DNA of 64,000 nt from Lachnospiraceae bacterium (GTDB lineage Bacteria > Bacillota > Clostridia > Lachnospirales > Lachnospiraceae), in NCBI GenBank assembly GCA_022797535.1, contig JAAWKU010000005.1, positions 3,175-67,174 of the forward strand, written 5' to 3'. Each line of letters starts with the position of its first letter. Position 1 is the first letter of the stretch. The notes beneath the pieces were generated by a model, which did not search any database, was not told the origin of the DNA, and saw only the letters and a list, made by a program, of their open reading frames with translations. The position numbers and the translations under genes were made by a program. This document shows positions 19,326 through 29,625 of this stretch, piece after piece.

Positions 19326-21198
19326 TAAGGATATAACGGAAAAGCTGACTTTCCGGGAAAAGAGGATGGTGATATCGAGGCTGCTTAGGGAAATCCATCT
19401 GCTGGCCCCCACCTTTATCGTGATTACTGTCATGAAACAGCTCTGCAGCGTGGCCGTGGGCTACATTGGAATCTATATTTCCACAATGGTGTTGAACGGG
19501 CTGCAGGAGGGGAGGGTGGCCGAAAACCTGATTCCCAGGGTTCTGTTGTGGATGCTGGCCACTCTGGCGCTGTACCTTCTCACGGGAAAACTTTCCAATG
19601 AGAGCGAAGTGATCAAGAGCCATTCCTGGGAACTTCTGGACGCCAGGATGGCCGTTAAAAATATGGAGATGAATTATCCGGATCTGGACAGTCCCTATGT
19701 CAATAAGTTGTATAGCCGAATGGAGGAGGATAACCGGTGGGGAAGCGGTATCTACGGAGGCTTTGACAATCTTGAAAAGCTGTGTTACCAGGCGTTTAAC
19801 GCAGTCTTTGCAGTGGCCATGCTGATCCCGGTTCTACAGCAGCTGCTTGCCCGGAGAAATCCGCTGACTTATGTCTTTTTCGCGGTGCTTGTGCTGGCAA
19901 TTCTCTGTAATGGTCTGGGAGAGCGCTGTTTCGGGAAAAAAATCACGGAATATATGGCGCTGTGGACCAATGATAAGCCCGAGGACACCAATCTGATGTG
20001 GTATTATGCGGTGTATGACGGAATCTCCATGGAGAACCGCAAGGATGTGAAGCTGTATGAGGTGGAGGATCTGCTGAAGGAGTACACCTTTGTCCATGGC
20101 CGGGAATTTCTGAAGCACAAAGACAATCTTGTGGCGGGCGCCAGCGGCCGCCGGGAATTTATCGTAAATGTCCTCAATGCGGGCGTCAGAGGCGTCTGCT
20201 ATCTGTTTCTCACCCTGATCGCAGCGGGAGGGGGCATGGCAGCGGGTATGCTGATCCGGTATGTGGCCTGCTTTGAGAGACTGACCAATTCCGTCCAGAA
20301 TATGCTTCATGATGCGCAGGCTTTTGTCCTGGTGGCTCGGAGGCAGAGCACCATGTTTGAATTTCTGGATATCCAGGGAAGTTTTTACGAGGGAAAACTG
20401 CCAGTGGAGAAGAGGAGCGACAATGAGTATGAGGTGGAGTTTCGGGATGTATCTTTCCAATATCCGGGACGTGAAGAATATGCGCTGCGTCATTTTAATC
20501 TGAAACTGCGGATCGGTGAGCGCATGGCGGTGGTGGGCAAGAACGGATCGGGCAAAACCACTATGATCAAATTGCTCTGCAGGCTGTATGAGCCCACGGA
20601 GGGGGCAATCTACTTAAATGGGGTAGATATCCGTAAGTTTGACTACTGTGAGTATATGCGGCTCTTTTCTGTGGTGTTTCAGGACTTTTCCCTGTTTGAC
20701 TACTCCATAGCGGAGAACGTGGCGACAGGAGAGCAGTATGACGCCGAAAAGGTGCGGGACTGCCTTATACAGGCGGGATTTGGAGATCGGCTGAAGAGTT
20801 TGGCAGGCGGTATAGAAACCCTGATTGGCAAAGGCTTTGACGAGGAAGGCATTCTTTTCTCCGGGGGCGAGCGGCAGAAAATAGCCATTGCCAGGGCCCT
20901 GTATAAGGATTCCCCGTTTATTCTGCTGGATGAGCCCACCGCCGCTCTGGACCCGGTTGCGGAATATGAGGTGTACTCCGCCTTCGACGAGATGGTGCAG
21001 GGCAAAACAGCCATCTATATCAGCCACAGGCTTTCTTCCTGTCGGTTCTGTGACGATATCCTGGTATTTGACCGGGGAGAGGCGGTACAGCGGGGAAGTC
21101 ACGAGGCGCTGATGGCGGACCGGGAAGGGCTGTATTACGCTCTGTATACAGCCCAGGCACAGTATTATGAAAGCGACGCGGAAAAGGCGGGGGGATAA
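19312..21198 (+). CDS. ABC exporter TMD-NBD subunit, partner of previous gene
   Basis: GKNGSGKTT, FSGGERQK, LLDEPTAALD; overlaps the previous stop codon. Confidence 0.9.
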   Translation: MQVNSKDITEKLTFREKRMVISRLLREIHLLAPTFIVITVMKQLCSVAVGYIGIYISTMVLNGLQEGRVAENLIPRVLLWMLATLALYLLTGKLSNESEVIKSHSWELLDARMAVKNMEMNYPDLDSPYVNKLYSRMEEDNRWGSGIYGGFDNLEKLCYQAFNAVFAVAMLIPVLQQLLARRNPLTYVFFAVLVLAILCNGLGERCFGKKITEYMALWTNDKPEDTNLMWYYAVYDGISMENRKDVKLYEVEDLLKEYTFVHGREFLKHKDNLVAGASGRREFIVNVLNAGVRGVCYLFLTLIAAGGGMAAGMLIRYVACFERLTNSVQNMLHDAQAFVLVARRQSTMFEFLDIQGSFYEGKLPVEKRSDNEYEVEFRDVSFQYPGREEYALRHFNLKLRIGERMAVVGKNGSGKTTMIKLLCRLYEPTEGAIYLNGVDIRKFDYCEYMRLFSVVFQDFSLFDYSIAENVATGEQYDAEKVRDCLIQAGFGDRLKSLAGGIETLIGKGFDEEGILFSGGERQKIAIARALYKDSPFILLDEPTAALDPVAEYEVYSAFDEMVQGKTAIYISHRLSSCRFCDDILVFDRGEAVQRGSHEALMADREGLYYALYTAQAQYYESDAEKAGG

Positions 21199-21530
21199 GG
21201 TCGAACGATCCCCTTTCAAACCACTTTCGTTCCCCCACTAATATGTGGACAATTAGCAGTTTCAAAGCCTTGCCCCGCAATGGTTTCCACTCCTGGTTAT
21301 GTAGGGGCTGGTATAGTATCATTCCCCAGGCCCGATCTCTCGAAATACTGTCAACATCTGAATTTATGGGAGGTATCTTGTAGACTGGAAATTGAAAAAG
21401 CTATATGGAATGAGTGGAACCAGAACAACAAAAACAATATGCAATATTCACAAAAGAGCACAATGACTCATTAGAAAATGCATAAAAATGCGTATTTTAT
21501 AGAAACTTATCTACTTCTCAAGGAGCAATT

Positions 21531-21967
21531 ATGAACAGAGAAAACAAAAGAAAGCAATATGAAAAAGGATATTATAAATCTCACGCCTGCAATGATAGCT
21601 TTACCTGTAAAGTATGTGGGCGGTTAATTGTTGCGGCGGGGGCTGGTAGTGATCATCGTAATCACTGTCCAAATTGCCTATGTAGCCTGCATGTGGATAA
21701 TGAGCCGGGAGATCGAGCGGCTGACTGTGGTGGAATTATGGAGCCAGTAGGCGTATGGGTGCGAAAAAATGGAGAATGGGCTATCATTCACCGTTGTCGT
21801 CGTTGCGGGGCTTTTAGTTCAAATCGTATTGCGGCAGATGATAACCCTATGAAACTAATGTCTATTGCCATGAGGCCTCTGGCTAAACCCCATTTCCTTT
21901 GGAGCGTATTGAAGAAATGACTGCACTTATGGCTGGTGATGGGTGTCTGGGGCGTAAGCATTCATAA
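21531..21967 (+). pseudogene. RNHCP-domain protein with apparent 1-bp deletion near the 3' end
   Basis: FTCKVCG, HRNHCPNCL, HRCRRCG, ADDNPMKL; frame stops at 21920, but a shifted frame from the C run at 21888-21891 reads PFPLERIEEMTALMAGDG to TAA 21967. Confidence 0.7.
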
Positions 21968-22169
21968 TTGTTGAGAATATGGCAGTTTAAAGAAACTGCA
22001 TAAACAGGGGTTATGTGTAACTATACATAACTTCCATGACTGAGATAAAAACTGCCGCACGACGGCAAAAGAAAAAAGCCGCCGTTTCCTTTCGTCTCTC
22101 CCAAGCTAACGATGACCTATACCGTGTAAATTGCAAATATGAGTTAAGGAGTGAGAACCACAAGGATTA

Positions 22170-22752
22170 TCAAGACAAGGGCTACTCCGGAAAAAATACG
22201 GACAGGCCAAAATTCCAGGAGCTTTTAGCCGACATCAGGCGGGGGTTAATCCGTCGCGTGGTGGTCTACAAGCTGGACAGGATTAGCTACGGGCCATGCT
22301 GAATATCTGCATTGTGTTTGCCCAACTTGAGCGGGGCCGCTCCGTTTGGTTTCAAGCTGGGGCCTGCCACGCTCCAGGATATCCGCACAAAAATGATGGC
22401 GCCTGACCCGGCCACGGCGAATATCGCCAAGCTGACCGCCCTCAATGTGGAGCTGGCCCAGGTGGAGGATGAAATTGAAAGGCTGCTGAATGCCCTGACC
22501 GGGGCTAATGCGGTTCTGCTGTCCTACGCTAACGGGAAAATAGAGGAGCTGGACGCTGACCAACAGCGGTTTATCAAGGAAATTGCGGCGATGAACGCTG
22601 GAACAATTTCCCCGCAGAAAATCGAGTTTTTGTCTGCCCACCTGGACAACTGGGAGAACATCGACTTTGACGACAGGCGGCAAGTGACGGATATTATTCT
22701 CTCTCAAATCCAAGCCACCAGCGACCGTGTTTCTTTTGAGTGGAAAATCTGA
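22170..22752 (+). pseudogene. Large serine recombinase remnant with several internal deletions
   Basis: Concatenated fragments: DKGYSGKNTDRPKFQ..VVVYKLDRIS, RAMLNICIVFAQLER, GAAPFGF..IRTKMM, KLTALNVELAQVE..FEWKI. Confidence 0.85.
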
Positions 22753-23192
22753 AATTTTTACACTTTGCCCTTTATACTATGGCCTGTGTGCCCTTGTTAA
22801 GCGTTGCTAACAATTAGAGTTGTAGAGGAATTGGATAGCGGCAAATCGTATTGATAAAATCGGGAATGGAGTATGCTGACCATATATGGGATTTTTATCA
22901 GGAAATGGTTCCTTCTGCCTAGGACGTGTCTGAAAAATCATTCCTGCCTCCCACAAATTGTGGCGCACATCTGGCAGAAAGCATTTTTCAGACATGCCCT
23001 GATCAATAAAAAAGAGTTTTCTATCCGTAACAGGATAAGCCAACTCTTTTTTATTGCATTCTTATTTTTTCAATCCGCAGTTTTCACTGGCAAATTCATT
23101 TTAGCATGTGAATTCATAAAAGTAAATTATTTTAAATGTGCACTTTCAATAATGAGTTCAATAATAATGCAATAAATATTTTTATTTTTGTC

Positions 23193-23221
23193 TTGTAAAA
23201 CATATTCATATGTGCTAGTAT
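23193..23221 (+). promoter_or_regulatory. Putative sigma70/SigA promoter of the cas operon
   Basis: TTGTAA (23193) - 17 bp - TAGTAT (23216) with extended TG; a second TATAAT at 23245. Confidence 0.55.
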
Positions 23222-23255
23222 AAAAATATAGTTATGAGAATTCTTATAATACGGT

Positions 23256-23353
23256 TCTGGTGTACTGACCTGATTATATCTGGCAAAACTCCGCAGAATA
23301 AATTTTCATCGGCAAGGCGGTTTGCCTGAATATAATTAGGTCAGTACACTGGA
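23256..23353 (+). other. Long stem-loop (about 98 nt) in the cas3 5' leader
   Basis: GTGTACTGACCTGATTATAT (23260-23279) pairs with ATATAATTAGGTCAGTACAC (23330-23349), with one G-U pair; stem extends inward and outward. Confidence 0.8.
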
Positions 23354-23388
23354 TTAAACAGATGCAATACGGCATGGAGGATACAAAA

Positions 23389-25947
23389 GTGAACGCAAAG
23401 ACTGCGCACATAACCAAGACAGGAGACAAAATATTTGAACAGGACTTAAAAGAGCATTTACTTCATACAGCCATACTGTGCAGAGGATATATGGAGAAAG
23501 CGGGCTGCCCAGGCATGGGGTATCTGGCGGGCATCCTCCACGACGCAGGCAAGGCCGGGCCGGCCTTTCAGGGCAGGATGGAGGCCATACGGGAAGGCAG
23601 GCCGGATCCGGGGCAGAAAGGGGGACATGCCTCTGCCGGTGCGGTGCTGCTTGGCAGATTGAGCCAAAAGCTGGATCATTGCTCCAAGAGGACTGACAAC
23701 TGCTCCAAGAGCTTCACTTTGCAGGCCATATGTGAGGCCATTTTTTCCCATCATGCGGCACTGCCGGACAATATATCACCTCAGCTGGAGGATGGATATA
23801 AGGCCAGGCTTCAATGTGAAGAAGATGAATTGGCGGAGATAGAGGCATATTTTTTGGGGGAAATCATCTCCAGAGAGTGCTTTGAGAAACTTCTGGAGCA
23901 GGCATGCGGGGAGGCAGAAGCATTTGTAAAAAGGATGAGACGCTGCGCAAGAGCCCGGAAAGAGATGGATTTTTTCCTGGGCATGGCGGAGAAGATGCTG
24001 TTGTCAGCTCTGATTGACGCCGACTGGCTGGACAGCGCCACCTGCGGCGGGCAGGGGCAGACGGATTTTGAGGATCTGGTGAAAGAAGAATTTAGCCCCA
24101 GGTATGGAGAAAACTCTGTAAATATGTCCAGGGAACAGTTGTTTACGCATTTTCTGGGCAATCTGGAGAATGGTTTGAGGGAAATGAACCGGTCCGCCAA
24201 ACCCATCAATACATGGAGAAATTATATATCTGACCAATGTAAGGAGGCGGGAGCCAGAAAGGGAGGGATCTATACCCTGTCCTGTCCCACCGGGGCCGGC
24301 AAAACCCTGGCGGTGACCCGATTCGCCCTGACTCATTGCGTCCAGCAGGGTAAAGAAAGGATATTCTATATTATTCCCTACCTGTCGGTCATTGACCAGA
24401 CGGCCAAAAGCATAAAGAAGGCGCTGGGAGCCAAGAATCCGGGAGACACCGACGAACTGGTGGAAAGCGGTATACTGGAACTTCATTCCCAGGCAGAGTA
24501 CAAAAAAGGAGGAAAAACGCCGGGTAACTCATTGGCCGGGGAGGAGGAACCTGCCACCGAAGGGGACTTCTGGGCACAGAGGATGGCGGAGCCCATAGTG
24601 CTGACCACCATGGTGCGTTTTCTGAATACTTTTTTTGCCCGGGGTACCAGAAATCTACGCCCGGCCCATCAGTTCCAAAACGCAGTGCTTATCTTTGATG
24701 AGGTGCAGACCCTCCCGGTAAAGCAGATCGCCCTGTTTAACAGTCTGATCAATTATCTGACACAGCTTTGCGGGTGCACATGCGTCCTGTGTACCGCCAC
24801 CCAGCCTCTGCTGGGGGAGACTGTAAAACCGGTATATCCCGCCAAAATGGCTGAACCCGCGGCGCTGGCGGAACTCCCCCCGGAAGCGGGAGAAGTTTTC
24901 AGGCGGGCGCGGATAGAACCCCGGCTGAAAACGGCGGGTTATACGCAAAAGGAACTGGCGGATTTTGTCTGGGAAACGGCGGAAGAGAGCGGAAACGCTC
25001 TGGTGATCCTGAATACCAGGGACTGTGCGCTGGCTCTTTACAGTGAAGTGGTAAAGCGGGCGGGAGAGGCATATAAGGTGTATTATCTGTCCACAAAGCT
25101 ATACGCGGCGCACAGGAAAAGCATCATTGAAGAAATCCGCAGGGCGCTGAAGGCTGGAGAGAAAATCATGGTGATCAGCACATCCCTGATTGAGGCTGGC
25201 ATTGATTTTGATTTTTCCTGCGTGATCCGATCTCTGGCGGGAATGGACTCCATCGTGCAGGCGGCGGGGAGATGCAACAGAGAAGGACTGCGGGGCGTAG
25301 AGCCCACTTATATTGTCAATCCCTGCCGGGAACTGGAATCACTGGTTCGACTGAGGGATATCCGCGTGGGGGCCGCCTCTTCTGAGCGGCTGTTGGCGGA
25401 GCTTGCCAGGGACCGGACGCGGTTTGGAGGCGAGCTGCTGTCGGAGGAAGCGATACATATTTACTTTTCCTATTATTTCTGGGAAAGAGCGGAAGAGATG
25501 GTTTACCCCATCTCCAGAGAAAGCGGCGGTTCTCTGTATAATTTACTATCAGATAATATGGGTCTGGTGAAGTCGGGCCATCTACACAATGCCTATGAAG
25601 TGAAATTGCTGAATCAGGCATTTAAAACGGCGGCAGAACATTTCAGCGTTATAGAGGAGAAAGGGAATTCCGTTTTTGTACCCAGGGGCCGGGGAAAGGA
25701 GATCTGGGCGGAGATCCAGAGAAATGCGAAACCTGGAAAAACAGAGTACAAGTATATAAAGAGCCTTTTAAAGGAAGCACAGCAATATGTGGTAAATCTG
25801 CACAATTATGAAATAGAAAAGCTGGGAAAGGGGGCCATACAATGGGAGGATAAAATGGGGATGTATGTCCTGAATGAGATGTACTATGACGAAAAGGCCG
25901 GAATTACCGGGGAAATCAGCAGTAATATGCCGATACAAATGTTTTGA
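23389..25947 (+). CDS. cas3: CRISPR-associated HD nuclease/helicase Cas3, type I-C
   Basis: HLL..LHDAGK and HH HD motifs, CPTGAGKT, IFDEVQ, CTAT, QAAGRCNREG; GTG 23389 follows GGAGG (ORF track start 23362). Confidence 0.96.
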   Translation: MNAKTAHITKTGDKIFEQDLKEHLLHTAILCRGYMEKAGCPGMGYLAGILHDAGKAGPAFQGRMEAIREGRPDPGQKGGHASAGAVLLGRLSQKLDHCSKRTDNCSKSFTLQAICEAIFSHHAALPDNISPQLEDGYKARLQCEEDELAEIEAYFLGEIISRECFEKLLEQACGEAEAFVKRMRRCARARKEMDFFLGMAEKMLLSALIDADWLDSATCGGQGQTDFEDLVKEEFSPRYGENSVNMSREQLFTHFLGNLENGLREMNRSAKPINTWRNYISDQCKEAGARKGGIYTLSCPTGAGKTLAVTRFALTHCVQQGKERIFYIIPYLSVIDQTAKSIKKALGAKNPGDTDELVESGILELHSQAEYKKGGKTPGNSLAGEEEPATEGDFWAQRMAEPIVLTTMVRFLNTFFARGTRNLRPAHQFQNAVLIFDEVQTLPVKQIALFNSLINYLTQLCGCTCVLCTATQPLLGETVKPVYPAKMAEPAALAELPPEAGEVFRRARIEPRLKTAGYTQKELADFVWETAEESGNALVILNTRDCALALYSEVVKRAGEAYKVYYLSTKLYAAHRKSIIEEIRRALKAGEKIMVISTSLIEAGIDFDFSCVIRSLAGMDSIVQAAGRCNREGLRGVEPTYIVNPCRELESLVRLRDIRVGAASSERLLAELARDRTRFGGELLSEEAIHIYFSYYFWERAEEMVYPISRESGGSLYNLLSDNMGLVKSGHLHNAYEVKLLNQAFKTAAEHFSVIEEKGNSVFVPRGRGKEIWAEIQRNAKPGKTEYKYIKSLLKEAQQYVVNLHNYEIEKLGKGAIQWEDKMGMYVLNEMYYDEKAGITGEISSNMPIQMF

Positions 25948-26101
25948 GAAACGGTTACAGCCTGTTTCCGAATAACGTAATCATCCGGAAAATAATCTGC
26001 CGCATCGTACTTTGGGCAGTTCTCCATCGGATAAGGCTTTTGCGGAAAAGGGAACAGGATGGAATCAATACAGTAAGTTGTATTGGACAGAAAGGAGGAG
26101 C

Positions 26102-26836
26102 ATGGAAAAAGAGAACAGTATTACATTTGCGCTGACAGGGCGTCGGGCGCTTTTTACGGATCCTGTCAGCAAGATGGGCGGAGAAAAATTCACCTACCAG
26201 GTTCCCACCTACCAGGCGCTGAAAGGGGTGCTGGAAAGCATCTACTGGAAACCTACGCTGGTTTGGATCGTGGACAGGCTGCGGGTTATGAATCCCATTC
26301 GCTCGGAATCCCAGGCTGTGAGGCCCATCGACTATGGCGGAGGCAATACCCTGTCGATCTACACCTATCTGGCGGATGTGGAATACCGGGTGCAGGCACA
26401 TTTTGTATGGAATGAGAACCGGCCCGACCTGGCCGGGGACAGGGATGAAAACAAACATTATTTTATTGCCAGGAGGGCGCTGGAAAAGGGAGGCCGGAGA
26501 GACATTTTCCTGGGAACCAGGGAGTGCCAGGGCTATGTGGAACCCTGCGATTTTGACGGCGGCCAGGGAGCCTATGACATGTATGACGAGTTTCCGCTGG
26601 GGCTGATGTTTCATGGGTTTACCTACCCTGACGAGGCGGTGCGGCAGGAGGAGAAGAATAAGCTGACGGCCAGGTTCTTTCACCCGGTGATGAAGAGAGG
26701 GGTTATTACGTTTCCTGCGCCGGAGGAGTGTGGCATTCGCCGGATTCTGACAGACCGAAAACCCAGGGAGTTCAGCCTGGAAAAAGGGAATGTGACATTT
26801 GCGGGGGGAGGTGCGCTGGATGAGTTGGCTGAATGA
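26102..26836 (+). CDS. cas5c: Type I-C Cas5c (Cas5d), crRNA-processing subunit
   Basis: [37 protein letters not shown]; ATG after AGGAGGAG. Confidence 0.95.
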   Translation: MEKENSITFALTGRRALFTDPVSKMGGEKFTYQVPTYQALKGVLESIYWKPTLVWIVDRLRVMNPIRSESQAVRPIDYGGGNTLSIYTYLADVEYRVQAHFVWNENRPDLAGDRDENKHYFIARRALEKGGRRDIFLGTRECQGYVEPCDFDGGQGAYDMYDEFPLGLMFHGFTYPDEAVRQEEKNKLTARFFHPVMKRGVITFPAPEECGIRRILTDRKPREFSLEKGNVTFAGGGALDELAE

Positions 26837-28673
26837 TTTGTACCTGACCTACGAGGTCTGCAAGAGCGATCCCCAGCTTTTGCCCATCGCGCATCTGACC
26901 CAGAATGCGCAGCTGGAGGTGGTTCTGGATGAAGAGGGGAATTTTTCCCGGGCCAGCCGGGTGGACAAGGAGGATGCGGTCACGGTGGTCCCTGTCACGG
27001 AGGATTCTGGCAGCAGGAGCGGCAAAGCCATTTTCCCTCATCCCCTGTGTGACAAGCTGGAATATATCGCCGGGGATTATGCGGATTTCGTGCCGGGCAG
27101 CATGGGGGATAAATTCGAAGCCTATATTGCACAGTTGGGTAAATGGGCCCAGTCCGATTACAGTCTCCCCCAGATTAGGAGCGTATACAGGTATCTGCAG
27201 GAACGCAGACTCATGGAGGATTTGCGGGAGGCCGGTTTTTTCACCTTCGAGGATGGCAGGATCCAGGCGGAAAAGCAGCAGGGGGTAGCGCTGGAGAACT
27301 GGTTTGTGCGCTTTGCGGTAGAGATTCCAGGACAGCCTGAGCGCAGACTGTACCGTGACCGACAGGTATTTGACAGCTACATAGAGTATTATCTGTCCAT
27401 CCAGAACAGCAGGGAGTTGTGCTATGTCTCCGGCGAGACCGTGCCCTGCTCTGAGAAGCATCCGGCCAAAATACGGAATACGGCCGACAAGGCCAAGTTG
27501 ATTTCCGCTAATGACGCGTCGGGTGTGCTGACCTTCAAGGGGCGGTTCCGTGACAGCAGCCAGGTGGCTTCCGTGAGTTATGAGATATCCCAGAAGGCTC
27601 ACAGCGCCCTTCGCTGGCTGATTGCCAGACAGTCAAGCCTGAAAATCGGGGAACAGGTTTTTGTGACATGGTCCATGGAAAATCTTGACATGCCCTCCCC
27701 TTTCCTTGAGTTGGATTGGGGGGAGGAAACAGAGGGCATTGCAGATGGCCCGTATCCAGACTGGGAGGAGGAGCAGGAGGTCTTTATAGATGACGCCTAT
27801 TCGGACTGGGTGCATAGGGCCATCTGGGGGTCGGGCCCGGCTCCGGAGGACAGGGATACCGTCATGGTAATGGGGGTGGAAGCAGCCACCACAGGCCGAC
27901 TGTCCATTCCCTTTTATCAGAAATATGGGGCAAAGCAATTTATCCAAAATGTGGCCAGGTGGAAAACGGAGACCTGCTGGCTGAGCTGGTCGAACAAGAC
28001 GCAGGCATATGGGCCCTGGTCTCCCTCTTTGATCGAGATCGTAAAGCTGGTGGCAGGGGAGAAAAACGCCAAGCTGAATAAAAGTGTGCGGGAACGGCTG
28101 ATCCCCTGCATCGTGGAGGGCAGGAAACTTCCCTATGATATAGTGTTGTCCGCCCTGGGGCAGGCCGTAAATCCTTCACATTTTAAGGAGTATTGGGAGT
28201 GGAACAGGGTCGTGACAATTACATGTGCCCTGCTGAGAAAGTGGCAGATAGAAAGAGGAGACGGAAGGGAGGAACACAGTATGAGTTTGAATGTGGAGAG
28301 CAAGGACAGGAGTTACATTTTCGGTCAGCTGCTGGCCACGGCGGAGATGTTGGAGAGAAGCGCTCTGGTCATGGGGAGCAGCAGCAATAAGGAGGGAATG
28401 CGGAACACGGCGGCGGAAAAATATTTTGTCCGGTTCCAGAGATATCCGGTGGAGACCTGGGCCACCATCAGGAATCAGCTGCAGCCGTATGTGATGAAGC
28501 TGGGGAATGCAGGAAAGTTTTTTTATATTCATAAGCTGGCCGAATTGACTGACAGACTTGATATGAGCCAGAGGGACAGGCTGGAACCTACCTTTTTGCA
28601 GGGTTATAGCAGCCAGATTATAGAGTATCGCAATTCCTCCAGGAAGCAGGAGAGTGGGAAGGAAAAGGATTAG
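26820..28673 (+). CDS. cas8c: Type I-C Cas8c (Csd1), large subunit
   Basis: MSWL..LY.TYE start, [49 protein letters not shown]. Confidence 0.95.
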   Translation: MSWLNDLYLTYEVCKSDPQLLPIAHLTQNAQLEVVLDEEGNFSRASRVDKEDAVTVVPVTEDSGSRSGKAIFPHPLCDKLEYIAGDYADFVPGSMGDKFEAYIAQLGKWAQSDYSLPQIRSVYRYLQERRLMEDLREAGFFTFEDGRIQAEKQQGVALENWFVRFAVEIPGQPERRLYRDRQVFDSYIEYYLSIQNSRELCYVSGETVPCSEKHPAKIRNTADKAKLISANDASGVLTFKGRFRDSSQVASVSYEISQKAHSALRWLIARQSSLKIGEQVFVTWSMENLDMPSPFLELDWGEETEGIADGPYPDWEEEQEVFIDDAYSDWVHRAIWGSGPAPEDRDTVMVMGVEAATTGRLSIPFYQKYGAKQFIQNVARWKTETCWLSWSNKTQAYGPWSPSLIEIVKLVAGEKNAKLNKSVRERLIPCIVEGRKLPYDIVLSALGQAVNPSHFKEYWEWNRVVTITCALLRKWQIERGDGREEHSMSLNVESKDRSYIFGQLLATAEMLERSALVMGSSSNKEGMRNTAAEKYFVRFQRYPVETWATIRNQLQPYVMKLGNAGKFFYIHKLAELTDRLDMSQRDRLEPTFLQGYSSQIIEYRNSSRKQESGKEKD

Positions 28674-28758
28674 CATGTAAGGCTCCTGGAGCCTTGCCGA
28701 AAAGGAAACCCGGGTGATGATAAGCCCCAACGCGTGATAATGAAAGGATGGTAAAAAT

Positions 28759-29625
28759 ATGAGCGAATTTACAAACAAAATTGATTTTGCAGTGGTATTC
28801 AGTGTGAAAAATGCAAATCCCAACGGTGACCCCCTGAACGGGAACAGACCCAGGGAGACCTATGACGGATTCGGGGAGGTGTCGGATGTATGCCTGAAGA
28901 GGAAGATCCGAAACCGAATGATGGATCTGGGATATCCGGTGTTCGTGCAGTCCGATGATCGGAACGTGGACGGCATCAGAAGCCTGAGCGACAGGGCGGG
29001 GGCAGCGCCGGAACTGAAGGAGGCGGGAAAGGACAAGGAGAAGTATGCAGCGGCCGCCTGCCAAAAATGGATGGATGTGCGGACTTTTGGCCAGGTATTT
29101 GCTTTTAAGAGCAAGGACAAGGGAGCCGAGGGGGATGGCGTGTCGGTGGGGGTGAGGGGCCCTGTGTCCATCCAGACGGCAGTAAGTGTAGCCCCCATTG
29201 ATATTTCCTCCATGCAGATCACCAAGAGCGTCAACAGTGAGACCAGTGAGAAGAAATCCCCGGATACCATGGGGATGAAGCACAGGGTTGACTTTGGCAT
29301 GTATGTCACTTATGGCAGCATCAATCATCAGTTGGCGGAAAAGACAGGATTTTCGGACGAGGATGCGGAGGTAATCCGGGAGATTCTGGTGACATTGTTT
29401 GAAAATGACGCTTCTTCCGCCAGACCTGATGGCAGCATGGAAGTATGCAAGGTGATCTGGTGGAAGCACAACTGCTTCCTGGGGCAGTATTCCTCTGCCA
29501 AGGTGCATAGGTGCCTGCAAGTGCGCAGAAAGCCGGGAGTAGAAATCGCCAAGAGTCGGGAGGATTTTGAGATAACGGTGGCGGAACTGCCTGATCTGAA
29601 GGTTGAGATCTATGACGGAATTTGA
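28759..29625 (+). CDS. cas7c: Type I-C Cas7c (Csd2), backbone subunit
   Basis: NANPNGDP..NRPR, VSDVCLKRKIRN, DVRTFGQVF, GPVSI, ENDASSARP. Confidence 0.96.
   Translation: MSEFTNKIDFAVVFSVKNANPNGDPLNGNRPRETYDGFGEVSDVCLKRKIRNRMMDLGYPVFVQSDDRNVDGIRSLSDRAGAAPELKEAGKDKEKYAAAACQKWMDVRTFGQVFAFKSKDKGAEGDGVSVGVRGPVSIQTAVSVAPIDISSMQITKSVNSETSEKKSPDTMGMKHRVDFGMYVTYGSINHQLAEKTGFSDEDAEVIREILVTLFENDASSARPDGSMEVCKVIWWKHNCFLGQYSSAKVHRCLQVRRKPGVEIAKSREDFEITVAELPDLKVEIYDGI

Noticed and set aside
2427-21219. Long antisense ORFs such as 2427-3686, 4010-5170, 5352-6257, 11954-13561 and 13618-14643
   Set aside because: Each mirrors a well-supported gene on the opposite strand, has no recognisable motifs, and is expected from GC-rich codon usage.
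22516-22528. Partial match of spacer 10 to the recombinase remnant
   Set aside because: Only 11 of 13 nt match and the rest diverges. I saw no full self-targeting spacer, but an exhaustive spacer-versus-window alignment was not possible by eye.
22807-23175. ORFs 22807-23043 (-) and 22873-23175 (+)
   Set aside because: No RBS, atypical composition and no motifs; more likely decayed DNA.
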